Shown here: piece after piece, positions 10,237-20,183 of the stretch | Layout of the letters: each line of letters opens with the position of its first letter | Numbering within the stretch: position 1 is the first letter of the stretch | DNA from: Pseudomonas aeruginosa | GTDB taxonomy: Bacteria; Pseudomonadota; Gammaproteobacteria; Pseudomonadales; Pseudomonadaceae | Length of the DNA: 32,000 nucleotides | Direction: 5' to 3' | Assembly: GCF_001457615.1 (NCBI RefSeq) | Contig: NZ_LN831024.1 | Coordinates: forward strand, 4,590,001-4,622,000 | Program-made: the position numbers and the translations under genes | Notes under the pieces: generated by a model | The model's input: only the letters and a program-made list of their open reading frames with translations | Told to the model about the DNA's origin: nothing | The model's database searches: none

Positions 10237-10860
10237 ATGAGACCTACCCTGACCTGGACCTTGCTGGCCCTGCTGCTCTGCGGCACGGCCATCGGCGCCG
10301 TCCTGTTGCTTTACCCATCGGAGCCGGCGCCCGTCGCGCCCTTCGCGTCTCCCCCGCAGGCCACACCGGCGGCAAAACCTTCCATTCCTTCCCGAGCCCC
10401 CGAGATGAATACAGCCACCGCTCCCGACAACCTGGAACAGCAACTCGGCGAGTTCGGCCGCAACGCCGGGCAGATGTCCGAGATCGAACGCAAACAGGCC
10501 GCCGAAGGCCTGATCGAACAGCTCAAGCGCGAGGTGGCGGTCGGCGCCGATCCGCGCCAGACCTTCGAGGAGATCCAGCGTCTGACGCCCTATGTGGAGG
10601 CCGATGCCAGGCGCCGCGAGGCGCTCGACTTCGAGATCTGGATGGCGCTCAAGGACAACGCCTCCGTCCAGCAGCAAGCGGCGACGCCTGGCGAGGAAGA
10701 GCAACTGCGCGAATACGCGCAAGAGTCGGACAAGGTGATCGCCGAGGTGCTCGCCAGCGTCGACGACGAGGAGCAGCGTCACGCCGCCATCGACGAACGC
10801 CTCAAGGCCCTGCGCAAGCAGATCTTCGGCGAGGAGAACCCACGCCTGCTGCAACGCTGA
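10237..10860 (+). CDS. plcR: PlcR, phospholipase C accessory/chaperone protein
   Basis: 207 aa starting [27 protein letters not shown], directly downstream of plcH; in-frame internal start at 10405 gives a 151-aa form. Confidence 0.93.
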   Translation: MRPTLTWTLLALLLCGTAIGAVLLLYPSEPAPVAPFASPPQATPAAKPSIPSRAPEMNTATAPDNLEQQLGEFGRNAGQMSEIERKQAAEGLIEQLKREVAVGADPRQTFEEIQRLTPYVEADARRREALDFEIWMALKDNASVQQQAATPGEEEQLREYAQESDKVIAEVLASVDDEEQRHAAIDERLKALRKQIFGEENPRLLQR

Positions 10861-10865
10861 AATCC

Positions 10866-10889
10866 ACGGCGCCCCGATAGGGGCGCCGT
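10866..10889. terminator. Hairpin downstream of plcR (poor T tract)
   Basis: Perfect 10-bp stem ACGGCGCCCC (10866-10875) / GGGGCGCCGT (10880-10889), loop GATA. Confidence 0.5.
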
Positions 10890-10914
10890 CACGCAAGCGT
10901 CACCAAAACTTCAC
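10886..10914. promoter_or_regulatory. Candidate degenerate Pho box (PhoB direct repeats)
   Basis: CCGTCAC-GCAA-GCGTCAC-CAAA-ACTTCAC: three TCAC cores at 10889, 10900 and 10911, exactly 11 bp apart, matching the 7+4 geometry of Pho boxes. Confidence 0.45.
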
Positions 10915-10947
10915 ATCCGCTACACGGCGTCGGTCGACACTGACGTC

Positions 10948-12168
10948 ATGAGCAGACCTCTAAGCATCGCCCTGATCAGCGAAACCTACCCACCGGAAGT
11001 CAACGGCGTCGCCAATACCCTGGGGCGCCTGCATGCCGGTCTCCAGCAGCTTGGCCATCGGGTCCAGGTGGTGCGCCCGCGCCAGCCCGGCGACGACGGC
11101 CGGCGCAGCGACGCCGAGCTGGTGCTGACCCGCGGCTGGCCGTTGCCCGGCTACCCCGGCCTGCAATGGGGCATGTCGAGCCTGCACAAGCTGCTGCGCT
11201 GCTGGAAGCGCCAGCGCCCGGACGTGCTCTACATCGCCACCGAAGGCCCGCTCGGCTTCTCCGCCCTGCGCGCCGCGCGGCGCCTGGGCATCCCGGCGGT
11301 CAGCGGCTTCCACACCAACTTCCAGCAGTACAGCGAGCACTACGGCTTCGGTCCGCTGACCCGGCTGGTCACCGGCTACCTGCGCTGGTTCCACAACCGC
11401 ACGCAGATGACCCTGGTGCCCAGCGGCAGCCAGCGCATGGAATTGCAGCGACGCGGTTTCGAACGTCTCAACCTGCTCTCCCGCGGGGTCGACAGCCAAC
11501 TCTTCCATCCCTCCCGGCGCGATCCCGAACTACGCCGGCGCTGGGGCCTGGGCGAACAGGACATCGCCGTGCTGCACGTCGGCCGGCTGGCGGCAGAGAA
11601 GAACCTCGGCCTGCTCGGCGGCACCTTCCGCGCGCTCTGCGCCGCCCATCCGCAGCTGAAGCTGCGCCTGGTACTGGTGGGCGACGGGCCGGAGCGCAGG
11701 CACCTCGAACGGGACCTGCCCGAAGCGCTGTTCTGCGGCGTCCAGCGCGGCGAAACCCTGGCCGCCCACTACGCCTCGGGCGACCTGTTCCTCTTCCCAA
11801 GCCTGTCGGAGACCTTCGGCAACGTGGTCCTCGAAGCCCAGGCCGCCGGCCTCGCGGTGGTCGCCTTCGACCAGGCCGCCGCCGGCCAGCACATCCGCCA
11901 TGGGCACAACGGCGTGCTCGCCGCGCCGGGCGACAAGAGCGGCTTCGTCGAAGTCGCCAGTTGGCTGCTGGACGACCAGGAACGCCTGCGCCGGGTCCGT
12001 CTCAACGCCCGCCAGCACGCCAGCCGGCAAGGTTGGGACAGCATCGTCGAGCACTTCCAGAACTACCTGGAGGACGCCTGCGCCAGTCCGCTGGTCCAGC
12101 CCGCTCGGTCGAAGCCCGAGCGGCCGCCGGCGGAGGATGGCGGGGCCTTGCCACGCAGCCGCGAGTAG
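10948..12168 (+). CDS. GT4-family glycosyltransferase (SQD2/MgtA-like, lipid glycosyltransferase type)
   Basis: MSRPLSIALISETYPPEVNGVANTLGRLHAGLQQLGHRVQVVRPR ... HVGRLAAEKNLGLL ... FPSLSETFGNVVLEAQAAGLAVVAFD GT-B motifs. Confidence 0.93.
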   Translation: MSRPLSIALISETYPPEVNGVANTLGRLHAGLQQLGHRVQVVRPRQPGDDGRRSDAELVLTRGWPLPGYPGLQWGMSSLHKLLRCWKRQRPDVLYIATEGPLGFSALRAARRLGIPAVSGFHTNFQQYSEHYGFGPLTRLVTGYLRWFHNRTQMTLVPSGSQRMELQRRGFERLNLLSRGVDSQLFHPSRRDPELRRRWGLGEQDIAVLHVGRLAAEKNLGLLGGTFRALCAAHPQLKLRLVLVGDGPERRHLERDLPEALFCGVQRGETLAAHYASGDLFLFPSLSETFGNVVLEAQAAGLAVVAFDQAAAGQHIRHGHNGVLAAPGDKSGFVEVASWLLDDQERLRRVRLNARQHASRQGWDSIVEHFQNYLEDACASPLVQPARSKPERPPAEDGGALPRSRE

Positions 12169-12171
12169 GTC

Positions 12172-13131
12172 TCAGGCAAAGGCTTTCGGCGCGGCGATGA
12201 AGCCCAGGCTCATGGCCCCGGCGCCCAGATTGATGCCGCCGGTGGGACTGAGCATGCCCAGGTGCAAGTGGATGTCGCGCTCGCGGCAGGCGTTCTCCAG
12301 CGCGGCGAAGCCCGGCAGGTCGCGCAGCGCGGTCGGATCGCCGGCATAGCTGAGACCCAGTTGCGGTGCCAGCAGCTCACCCGCCTGTACCCGCGCCAGG
12401 GCATAGCCGAACAGCTTCTCCGCCGACTTCTCGAAGCTCGGCGAGAGCGCCACCGGTTTGTCCTCGCCATCGGCCAGGCTGAACACCGGCTTGACGTCGA
12501 GCAGCGAGCCCAACCCCAGCGCCGCGCCCTTGACCCGGTCGACGAAACCGCTGCGATCACCCTTCTGGAAGCCGCGCCGGCGCAAGTGGCCCAGGTCGTC
12601 GGCGACCAGGTAGGTGCAGGTCTGCTGGCTGAGCTGTTCGAGGCGCGTACGCAGCGCGTTGGGGTGGCTGCCCTGCGCCAGCAGGCGCGTGCCCTCGGCC
12701 GCCAGGCAGGCGATGCCGGCGAACACCGAGTGGCTGTCGAGTACGCGCAGGGTGAAGGGACCGGCGATGCCGGCCGCGTGGCGGCGCTCGTGGTAGTGCT
12801 GGAGCAGGCCGAAGGAGGCCTGGGTGGCGTGCTCGAAGATCGGACTGCGCAGGCTGTCGACGGTGAGGCAGACCACGTAGTCGAAGTCGGTCACCAGTTC
12901 GTCGAGGAACCATTGTTGCAACTCGGCGGCGGAGAGCGGCTGGCTGCCGTCCTTGCTACCGACCTTGGGCAGGTGGTCGCGGTAAAAGCTCAGGGTGGTG
13001 TCGGGGTCGCGTCGATCGATGAGCCGCTGCTCGCCCAGGCGGATCCCGATCGGCATCACGCGGATGCCGTGGGCGGCGAGGAATTCGGGCGGCAGGTCGC
13101 AGGTCGCGTCGACCACCAGGCCGATACGCAT
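12172..13131 (-). CDS. DegV family fatty-acid-binding protein
   Basis: MRIGLVVDATCDLPPEFLAAHGIRVMPIGIRLG ... VVCLTVDSLRSPIFEHATQA ... FTLRVLDSHSVFAGIACLAAEG. The true start is likely the ATG at 13131 rather than 13185. Confidence 0.9.
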   Translation of the reverse strand: MRIGLVVDATCDLPPEFLAAHGIRVMPIGIRLGEQRLIDRRDPDTTLSFYRDHLPKVGSKDGSQPLSAAELQQWFLDELVTDFDYVVCLTVDSLRSPIFEHATQASFGLLQHYHERRHAAGIAGPFTLRVLDSHSVFAGIACLAAEGTRLLAQGSHPNALRTRLEQLSQQTCTYLVADDLGHLRRRGFQKGDRSGFVDRVKGAALGLGSLLDVKPVFSLADGEDKPVALSPSFEKSAEKLFGYALARVQAGELLAPQLGLSYAGDPTALRDLPGFAALENACRERDIHLHLGMLSPTGGINLGAGAMSLGFIAAPKAFA

Positions 13132-13250
13132 GGATTCGCTCCTCTGGCCGTTTCTCGGCCTATTGTTGTGTTGGCGGTCATACAATGCCCGTTTCGGACT
13201 TTGAAGTCAGCCGGCCGCACGGCGGGTTTTCGGAAAAAATCACGGCCATG

Positions 13251-13276
13251 AAAAATCCCACCCCGAGGGGTGGGAT
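13251..13276 (-). terminator. Rho-independent terminator, downstream of the OYE gene on the minus strand
   Basis: ATCCCACCCC (13255-13264) / GGGGTGGGAT (13267-13276) with an AAAAA flank (T-tract on the minus strand). Confidence 0.7.
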
Positions 13277-13321
13277 CTGCTTGCCGGCGCGGCGCCGGGC
13301 CGGTGCGTCGCGGACGCGCCT

Positions 13322-14434
13322 TCAGACCAGGCTGGCCAGGGCCTCGCGGCTGAACGGCTTGATGTCGCCGATACGCCCCTCGCGGACCTTCACCGCCCAC
13401 TCCGGATCCACCAGCAGCGCGCGGCCCACCGCGACCAGGTCGAACTCGCCCTTGTCCAGGCGCTCCACCAGGCCGTCGATGCTCGCCGGCTGCGCCACCT
13501 CGTCGGTTTTGCCGAAGAATTGCAGGAACTCGCTGCCGTCCAGGCCGACGTTACCCACGGTAATGGTCGGCTTGCCGGTCAGCTCGCGGGTCCAGCCGGC
13601 CAGGTTGAGTTCCGAGCCTTCGAACTCGGGAATCCAGAAGCGGCGGGTCGAGCAGTGGAAGATATCGACGCCGGCCTCCACCAGCGGCGCGAGGAACTCG
13701 CGCAGGCCCTCCGGGGTTTCCACCAGGCGCGCGGAATAGTCCTGCTGCTTCCATTGAGAGAAGCGGAAGATGATCGGGAAATCCGCGCCGACCGCCGCGC
13801 GCACCGCCCGCACCAGCTCGACGGCGAAGCGCGAGCGATTGGCCAGGCTGCCGCCGTACTCGTCGTCCCGCTGGTTGCTGCCTTCCCAGAAGAACTGGTC
13901 GATCAGGTAGCCGTGGGCGCCGTGGATCTCCACCCCGTCCATGCCGATCGCCTGGGCGTCGCGGGCGGCCTGGGCGAAGGCGGCGATGACGTCCTGAATG
14001 TCGGCCTTACTCATGCCGTGGACCAGCACCTTGCCGTCCTTGGCCTTCTCCATCGGGCCGTAGCCGGGCACGCTGGCGTCCGGCTCCACGCCCAGGCGCC
14101 GAACGCTGCCGACGTGCCAGAGCTGCGGAACGATGCGCCCGCCCTCGGCATGCACCGCCTCGACCACCTGCTTCCAGCCGGCCAGGGCGTCCTCGCCATA
14201 GAAGCGCGGCACGTTCGGATAGCCGTTGGCGGCCTTGTGGCCGACCGTTGTGCCTTCGCTGACGATCAGGCCGACGCCGGCGGCGGCGCGCCGGCGGTAG
14301 TACTCGACGACCTTGGCGTTGGGTACGCCGCCGGGGGAAAAGTTGCGGGTCATCGGTGCCATCACCACACGGGTGGGCAGTTCCAGGGCGCCGAGGCGGA
14401 ACGGTTGGAACAGGGCTTCTACGGGGGCACTCAT
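13322..14434 (-). CDS. NADH:flavin oxidoreductase, old yellow enzyme family (NemA/XenB-like)
   Basis: MSAPVEALFQPFRLGALELPTRVVMAPMTRNFSPGGVPNAKVVEYYRRRAAAGVGLIVSEGT ... DGVEIHGAHGYLIDQFFWEGSNQRDDEYGGSLANRSRF ... VGRALLVDPEW. Confidence 0.95.
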   Translation of the reverse strand: MSAPVEALFQPFRLGALELPTRVVMAPMTRNFSPGGVPNAKVVEYYRRRAAAGVGLIVSEGTTVGHKAANGYPNVPRFYGEDALAGWKQVVEAVHAEGGRIVPQLWHVGSVRRLGVEPDASVPGYGPMEKAKDGKVLVHGMSKADIQDVIAAFAQAARDAQAIGMDGVEIHGAHGYLIDQFFWEGSNQRDDEYGGSLANRSRFAVELVRAVRAAVGADFPIIFRFSQWKQQDYSARLVETPEGLREFLAPLVEAGVDIFHCSTRRFWIPEFEGSELNLAGWTRELTGKPTITVGNVGLDGSEFLQFFGKTDEVAQPASIDGLVERLDKGEFDLVAVGRALLVDPEWAVKVREGRIGDIKPFSREALASLV

Positions 14435-14474
14435 GGACGGACTCCTGAGGGGGAATGGGAGGTTCGGGCAGGTA

Positions 14475-15065
14475 TCAGGCGCGGAGCAGCAGCTCCAGGC
14501 GCGACATGAAAGCATTCAGCGGAGCGAGGCCGGCGCCGACCTTGAAGCGCGCCAGGGCGCCCTGCCAGGCGAAGCCGATGAAGCCGGCCAGGCTCGCGCA
14601 GTCCTCGTCGGCGGCCAGTTCGCCGGCCTCGCGCGCCTGCTCCAGACAGTCCTGGAGGATTCGCGCGGAAGCCTGCAGGATCGACTCGACCTTGGCCGCG
14701 ATCGGCGGCGACAGCTCGGCCATCTCGAAGCTCAGGCTGCCGATGAAGCAGTGGTATTCGGGCTTTTCCTGGCGGGCGAAGTGCTCCAGCAGCTCGCCGT
14801 AGTAGCGCAGCACCCGCTCGCGCGGGCTGAAGCGGCTATCGCCGAGGGCCTGGGCGTAGCGCGCCAGGCGCGGCGCGTAGACGTGCTCCAGGGCCTGCTG
14901 GGCGAAAGCTTCCTTGCTATCGAAGTAGTGATAGAAGGAGCCCTTGGGGATGCGCGCGGCCTGGACGATCTCCAGCACCCCGGTGCCGTGGTAGCCACGT
15001 CGGGTCATGACCTCGGAGCCCTTGGCCAGGATCAGTTCGCGCTTGTCGAGTCGGTTGCTAGTCAT
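14475..15065 (-). CDS. TetR-family transcriptional regulator (NemR-like)
   Basis: HTH RELILAKGSEVMTRRGYHGTGVLEIVQAARIPKGSFYHYFDSKEAF; C-terminal CFIGSLSFEMAELSPPI ... GFAWQGALARFKV. Confidence 0.93.
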   Translation of the reverse strand: MTSNRLDKRELILAKGSEVMTRRGYHGTGVLEIVQAARIPKGSFYHYFDSKEAFAQQALEHVYAPRLARYAQALGDSRFSPRERVLRYYGELLEHFARQEKPEYHCFIGSLSFEMAELSPPIAAKVESILQASARILQDCLEQAREAGELAADEDCASLAGFIGFAWQGALARFKVGAGLAPLNAFMSRLELLLRA

Positions 15066-15080
15066 GGAACGAGAGAATAT

Positions 15081-15088
15081 GACCGGTC
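15081..15088. promoter_or_regulatory. Candidate TetR/NemR operator half-core
   Basis: Palindrome GACCGGTC within AATATGACCGGTCGTCTCG, 16 bp upstream of the TetR start. Confidence 0.4.
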
Positions 15089-15215
15089 GTCTCGTCCGCC
15101 CAGCATTATCAACGGCGGTGATCAGGCGTTACAGGCAGGGGCTTATCGCGTTGCGTCATGAAGCGGCGCAAGACAGGAAAGGAAGCGGCGGGACGCGAAC
15201 GCGTCCCGCGGGAGA

Positions 15216-15698
15216 TCAACCCAGGGCCTTCTCGATGGCTTGCACCAGGGCCGGGTCGTCCGGCGCCGTGCGCGGGCTGAAACGCGCCAGCACGCGACCG
15301 TCGGGACCGAGGAGGAATTTCTCGAAGTTCCAGGTGATGTCGCCGGGAAACTCCGCGCCCTCGCCCGCCAGCAGGCGATAGAGCGGATGCCGCGCGCTGC
15401 CGTTGACCTCGACCTTGGCGCTCATCGGGAAGCTGACGCCATAGTTCAGGCTGCAGAAGGACTGGATATCCGCCTCGCTGCCCGGTTCCTGCCCGGCGAA
15501 CTGGTTGCAGGGCACGCCGAGCACCGCGAAACCGCGCTCGCGGTAGGTCTGGTAGAGATTCTCCAGGCCGGCGTACTGGGGTGTCAGGCCGCATTTGGAG
15601 GCGACATTGACCACCAGCAGCACCTTGCCCTTGAACGGGGAAAGCGGCAGGTCCTGTCCATCCAACCCCTGCAGGGTGAGATCGTGAAAGGCACTCAT
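15216..15698 (-). CDS. Glutathione peroxidase family protein
   Basis: MSAFHDLTLQGLDGQDLPLSPFKGKVLLVVNVASKCGLTPQYAGLENLYQTY ... VLGVPCNQFAGQEPG ... WNFEKFLLGPDG. Confidence 0.96.
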   Translation of the reverse strand: MSAFHDLTLQGLDGQDLPLSPFKGKVLLVVNVASKCGLTPQYAGLENLYQTYRERGFAVLGVPCNQFAGQEPGSEADIQSFCSLNYGVSFPMSAKVEVNGSARHPLYRLLAGEGAEFPGDITWNFEKFLLGPDGRVLARFSPRTAPDDPALVQAIEKALG

Positions 15699-15812
15699 GA
15701 CGTACTCCTTGCGCATTCAGCGACACAACGTGCCAAGCCCCGCACCGGGCAAGAACCCTGGCTGCGGCGCATCCCCAGGGACGGGGTAAAGAGCCCAGGC
15801 ATGGCGCATGAC

Positions 15813-15840
15813 GCGAAAGGCGCCCACAGGCGCCTTTCGC
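15813..15840. terminator. Strong bidirectional-type hairpin
   Basis: 12-bp perfect stem GCGAAAGGCGCC (15813-15824) / GGCGCCTTTCGC (15829-15840), loop CACA. Confidence 0.6.
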
Positions 15841-15903
15841 TATACCAGCTTAGCAGTTCCGCCGGCGGACGGCCCAGGCCATCAATCGGCGAATGAACGC
15901 CGA

Positions 15904-16389
15904 TCAGTGGTGGTGACCGCCTTCGCCATGGATGTGGCCGTGGGCGATTTCCTCGGCGTTGGCCTCGCGCACGTCGACTACCTTGACCTTGAAGTTCAGG
16001 CGCTGGCCGGCCAGCGGATGGTTGCCGTCGACGGTCACGTCGTCGCCGTCGATGTCGCGGATGGTGACGATCTGCATGCCGCCGTCCGGAGCCGAGGCGT
16101 GGAACTGCATGCCGACTTCCAGTTCGTCGACGCCTTCGAACATCTCGCGGGTCAGGGTCGCGACCAGTTCGGCGCTGTATTCGCCATAGGCGTCTTCCGG
16201 CTCGATGGCGACGCTCAGTTCGTCACCGACGTTCTTGCCTTCCAGGGCCTTCTCCAGGCCGACGATGATGTTGCCGGCACCGTGCAGGTAGACCAGCGGC
16301 GCGCCACCAGCGGAACTGTCGATGACATCCCCGGCGTCGTTGGTCAGGGTATAGTCGATGGAAACCGCCTTGTTGGCCGCGATCTGCAT
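15904..16389 (-). CDS. slyD: FKBP-type peptidyl-prolyl cis-trans isomerase SlyD
   Basis: [58 protein letters not shown] ... His-rich C-terminus HGHIHGEGGHHH. Confidence 0.95.
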   Translation of the reverse strand: MQIAANKAVSIDYTLTNDAGDVIDSSAGGAPLVYLHGAGNIIVGLEKALEGKNVGDELSVAIEPEDAYGEYSAELVATLTREMFEGVDELEVGMQFHASAPDGGMQIVTIRDIDGDDVTVDGNHPLAGQRLNFKVKVVDVREANAEEIAHGHIHGEGGHHH

Positions 16390-16695
16390 GGTTCGAAACC
16401 TTTTCGATAAAGAAGATGAATGCGTAAGTGTACGCATCAATAGCCCCGAAAGCGACCGCGCCCCTGATGAACGGGGCGCGCGAGCGCCGTCGCGGGTGAT
16501 TGATTTTCATCAGGACGAGGAAGGCCATTGGGTGGCAGTCTTGTCCTGTGGCCATACTCAACACCTGCGCCACCAACCGCCCTGGCAATCGCGCGCCTGG
16601 GTCCTTGACGAAAACGAGCGGCACAGACAGCTCGGCCGCGAATTTCGCTGCGGCTGGTGTGCCCGGGAAGAAGAAGAGCAGACCAAGGAGCAGTG

Positions 16696-16696
<1 letters not shown>
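16358..16696 (+). CDS. DUF3565 family small zinc-ribbon-like protein (start uncertain)
   Basis: Conserved core [55 protein letters not shown]. The true start is probably an internal GTG, since the full ORF overlaps slyD. Confidence 0.75.
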
Positions 16697-17880
<1,184 letters not shown>

Positions 17881-17942
17881 ACTGGATCGACGCCCCCGCC
17901 CAACCAGGCGGCGTGGCCAAACGCACGGCTTAAGGAGCCCAG

Positions 17943-20057
17943 ATGCATACCTTCTTCATCGCCCCGACCGGTTTCGGCGTCGGCCTCACCTCGATCAGCC
18001 TCGGCCTGCTTCGCGCCCTGGAACGCGCCGGGCTGAAGGTTGGCTTCTTCAAACCCATCGCCCAACTGCATCCCGGCGACCTCGGCCCGGAGCGCTCCAG
18101 CGAACTGGTGGCGCGCACCCACGGCCTGGATACGCCGAAGCCGCTGCCGCTGGCCCAGGTCGAGCGCATGCTCGGCGACGGCCAACTGGACGAACTGCTC
18201 GAAGAGATCATCAGCCTCTACCAGCGCGCCGCCGCCGACAAGGACGTGGTGATCGTCGAAGGCATGGTACCGACCCGTCACGCCAGCTACGCCGCGCGGG
18301 TCAACTTCCACCTGGCGAAGAGTCTCGACGCCGAGGTGATCCTGGTCTCCGCGCCGGAAAACGAGACGCTCACCGAACTGACCGACCGTATCGAGATCCA
18401 GGCCCAGCTGTTCGGCGGCCCGCGCGACCCGAAGGTACTCGGGGTGATCCTCAACAAGGTCCGCGGCGAGGCCGACGCGGCCAACGCCGAGGACGGCGTG
18501 GCGGACTTCGCCCGGCGCCTCACTGAACACTCGCCGCTGCTGCGCGACGACTTCCGCCTGATCGGCTGCATTCCCTGGCAGGACGAACTCAACGCCGCGC
18601 GCACCCGCGACATCGCCGACCTGCTCAGCGCACGGGTGATCAACGCCGGCGACTACGAGCAGCGCCGGGTGCAGAAGATCGTGCTATGCGCCCGCGCCGT
18701 GCCCAACACCGTGCAACTGCTCAAGCCCGGCGTGCTGGTGGTGACCCCCGGCGACCGCGACGACATCATCCTCGCCGCCAGCCTGGCCGCGATGAACGGC
18801 GTACCCTTGGCCGGCCTGCTGCTGTGCAGCGACTTCCCGCCCGACCCGCGGATCATGGAACTCTGCCGCGGCGCCCTGCAGGGCGGCCTGCCGGTGCTGT
18901 CGGTGGCCACCGGCTCCTACGACACCGCGACCAACCTGAACCGGATGAACAAGGAAATCCCGGTGGACGACCGCGAGCGCGCCGAGCGGGTCACCGAGTT
19001 CGTCGCCGGGCACATCGATTTCGAATGGCTCAAGCAGCGCTGCGGCACGCCGCGCGAGCTGCGCCTGTCACCGCCGGCGTTCCGCTACCAGGTGGTGCAA
19101 CGCGCGCAGAAGGCCGGCAAGCGCATCGTCCTGCCCGAGGGCAGCGAGCCGCGCACCGTACAGGCGGCGGCGATCTGCCAGGCGCGCGGCATCGCCCGCT
19201 GCGTGCTGCTGGCCAAGCCGGAGGAGGTCCAGGCAGTGGCCCAGGCCCAGGGCATCGTGCTACCGGAAGGCCTGGAGATCATCGACCCTGACCTGGTGCG
19301 GCAGCGCTACGTCGAACCGATGGTCGAGCTGCGCAAGGGCAAGGGGCTGAACGCGCCGATGGCGGAGCAGCAACTGGAGGACAGCGTGGTCCTGGCGACC
19401 ATGATGCTTGCCCTGGACGAGGTCGACGGCCTGGTCTCCGGCGCCATCCACACCACCGCCAGCACCATCCGCCCGGCGCTGCAACTGATCAAGACCGCGC
19501 CCGGCTACAACCTGGTGTCGTCAGTGTTTTTCATGTTGTTACCGGACCAGGTGCTGGTCTACGGCGATTGCGCGGTGAATCCCGATCCTTCGGCCAGTGA
19601 CCTGGCCGAGATCGCCGTGCAGAGTGCCGCGTCGGCGCAGGCTTTCGGCATCCCGGCACGGGTCGCGATGATCAGCTACTCCACCGGCGACTCCGGTTCC
19701 GGGGTGGATGTCGACAAGGTTCGCGAGGCCACCCGCCTGGCGCGCGAGCAGCGCCCCGACCTGTTGATCGACGGACCCTTGCAGTATGATGCCGCCGCCA
19801 TCGCCAGCGTCGGCCGCCAGAAGGCGCCGAACAGCCCGGTGGCCGGGCAGGCCACGGTGTTCATCTTCCCCGACCTGAACACCGGCAACACCACCTACAA
19901 GGCGGTGCAGCGCAGCGCCGATTGCGTCAGCGTCGGGCCGATGCTGCAAGGCCTGCGCAAACCGGTGAACGACCTGTCGCGCGGCGCGCTGGTGGAAGAC
20001 ATCGTCTACACCATCGCCCTCACCGCCATCCAGGCGGACGCCCAGGCCCCGGCCTGA
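17943..20057 (+). CDS. pta: Phosphate acetyltransferase (two-domain, DRTGG + PTA)
   Basis: 704 aa: MHTFFIAPTGFGVGLTSISLGLLRALE ... RIVLPEGSEPRTVQAAAICQARGIARCVLL ... QYDAAAIASVGRQKAPNSPVAGQATVFIFPDLNTGNTTYKAVQR. Confidence 0.98.
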   Translation: MHTFFIAPTGFGVGLTSISLGLLRALERAGLKVGFFKPIAQLHPGDLGPERSSELVARTHGLDTPKPLPLAQVERMLGDGQLDELLEEIISLYQRAAADKDVVIVEGMVPTRHASYAARVNFHLAKSLDAEVILVSAPENETLTELTDRIEIQAQLFGGPRDPKVLGVILNKVRGEADAANAEDGVADFARRLTEHSPLLRDDFRLIGCIPWQDELNAARTRDIADLLSARVINAGDYEQRRVQKIVLCARAVPNTVQLLKPGVLVVTPGDRDDIILAASLAAMNGVPLAGLLLCSDFPPDPRIMELCRGALQGGLPVLSVATGSYDTATNLNRMNKEIPVDDRERAERVTEFVAGHIDFEWLKQRCGTPRELRLSPPAFRYQVVQRAQKAGKRIVLPEGSEPRTVQAAAICQARGIARCVLLAKPEEVQAVAQAQGIVLPEGLEIIDPDLVRQRYVEPMVELRKGKGLNAPMAEQQLEDSVVLATMMLALDEVDGLVSGAIHTTASTIRPALQLIKTAPGYNLVSSVFFMLLPDQVLVYGDCAVNPDPSASDLAEIAVQSAASAQAFGIPARVAMISYSTGDSGSGVDVDKVREATRLAREQRPDLLIDGPLQYDAAAIASVGRQKAPNSPVAGQATVFIFPDLNTGNTTYKAVQRSADCVSVGPMLQGLRKPVNDLSRGALVEDIVYTIALTAIQADAQAPA

Positions 20058-20183
20058 AGGAACGCCGCCCAGTGGGCGGCACTGGCTTCGGCCAGGCACG
20101 AGGATGTGCCATGTGAACGGCGGGACCACGCCCCGCTCCACGCGCCCGGCCCTGGCCGGGCGCCTACGTACAAGGACTCCTTG

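Noticed and set aside
11166-12200. 344-aa forward ORF inside the GT4 glycosyltransferase
   Set aside because: Alternate frame of the recognised GT4 gene.
12262-14509. Forward ORFs 12262..13251 and 13520..14509
   Set aside because: Antisense to DegV and old-yellow-enzyme genes; no domains.
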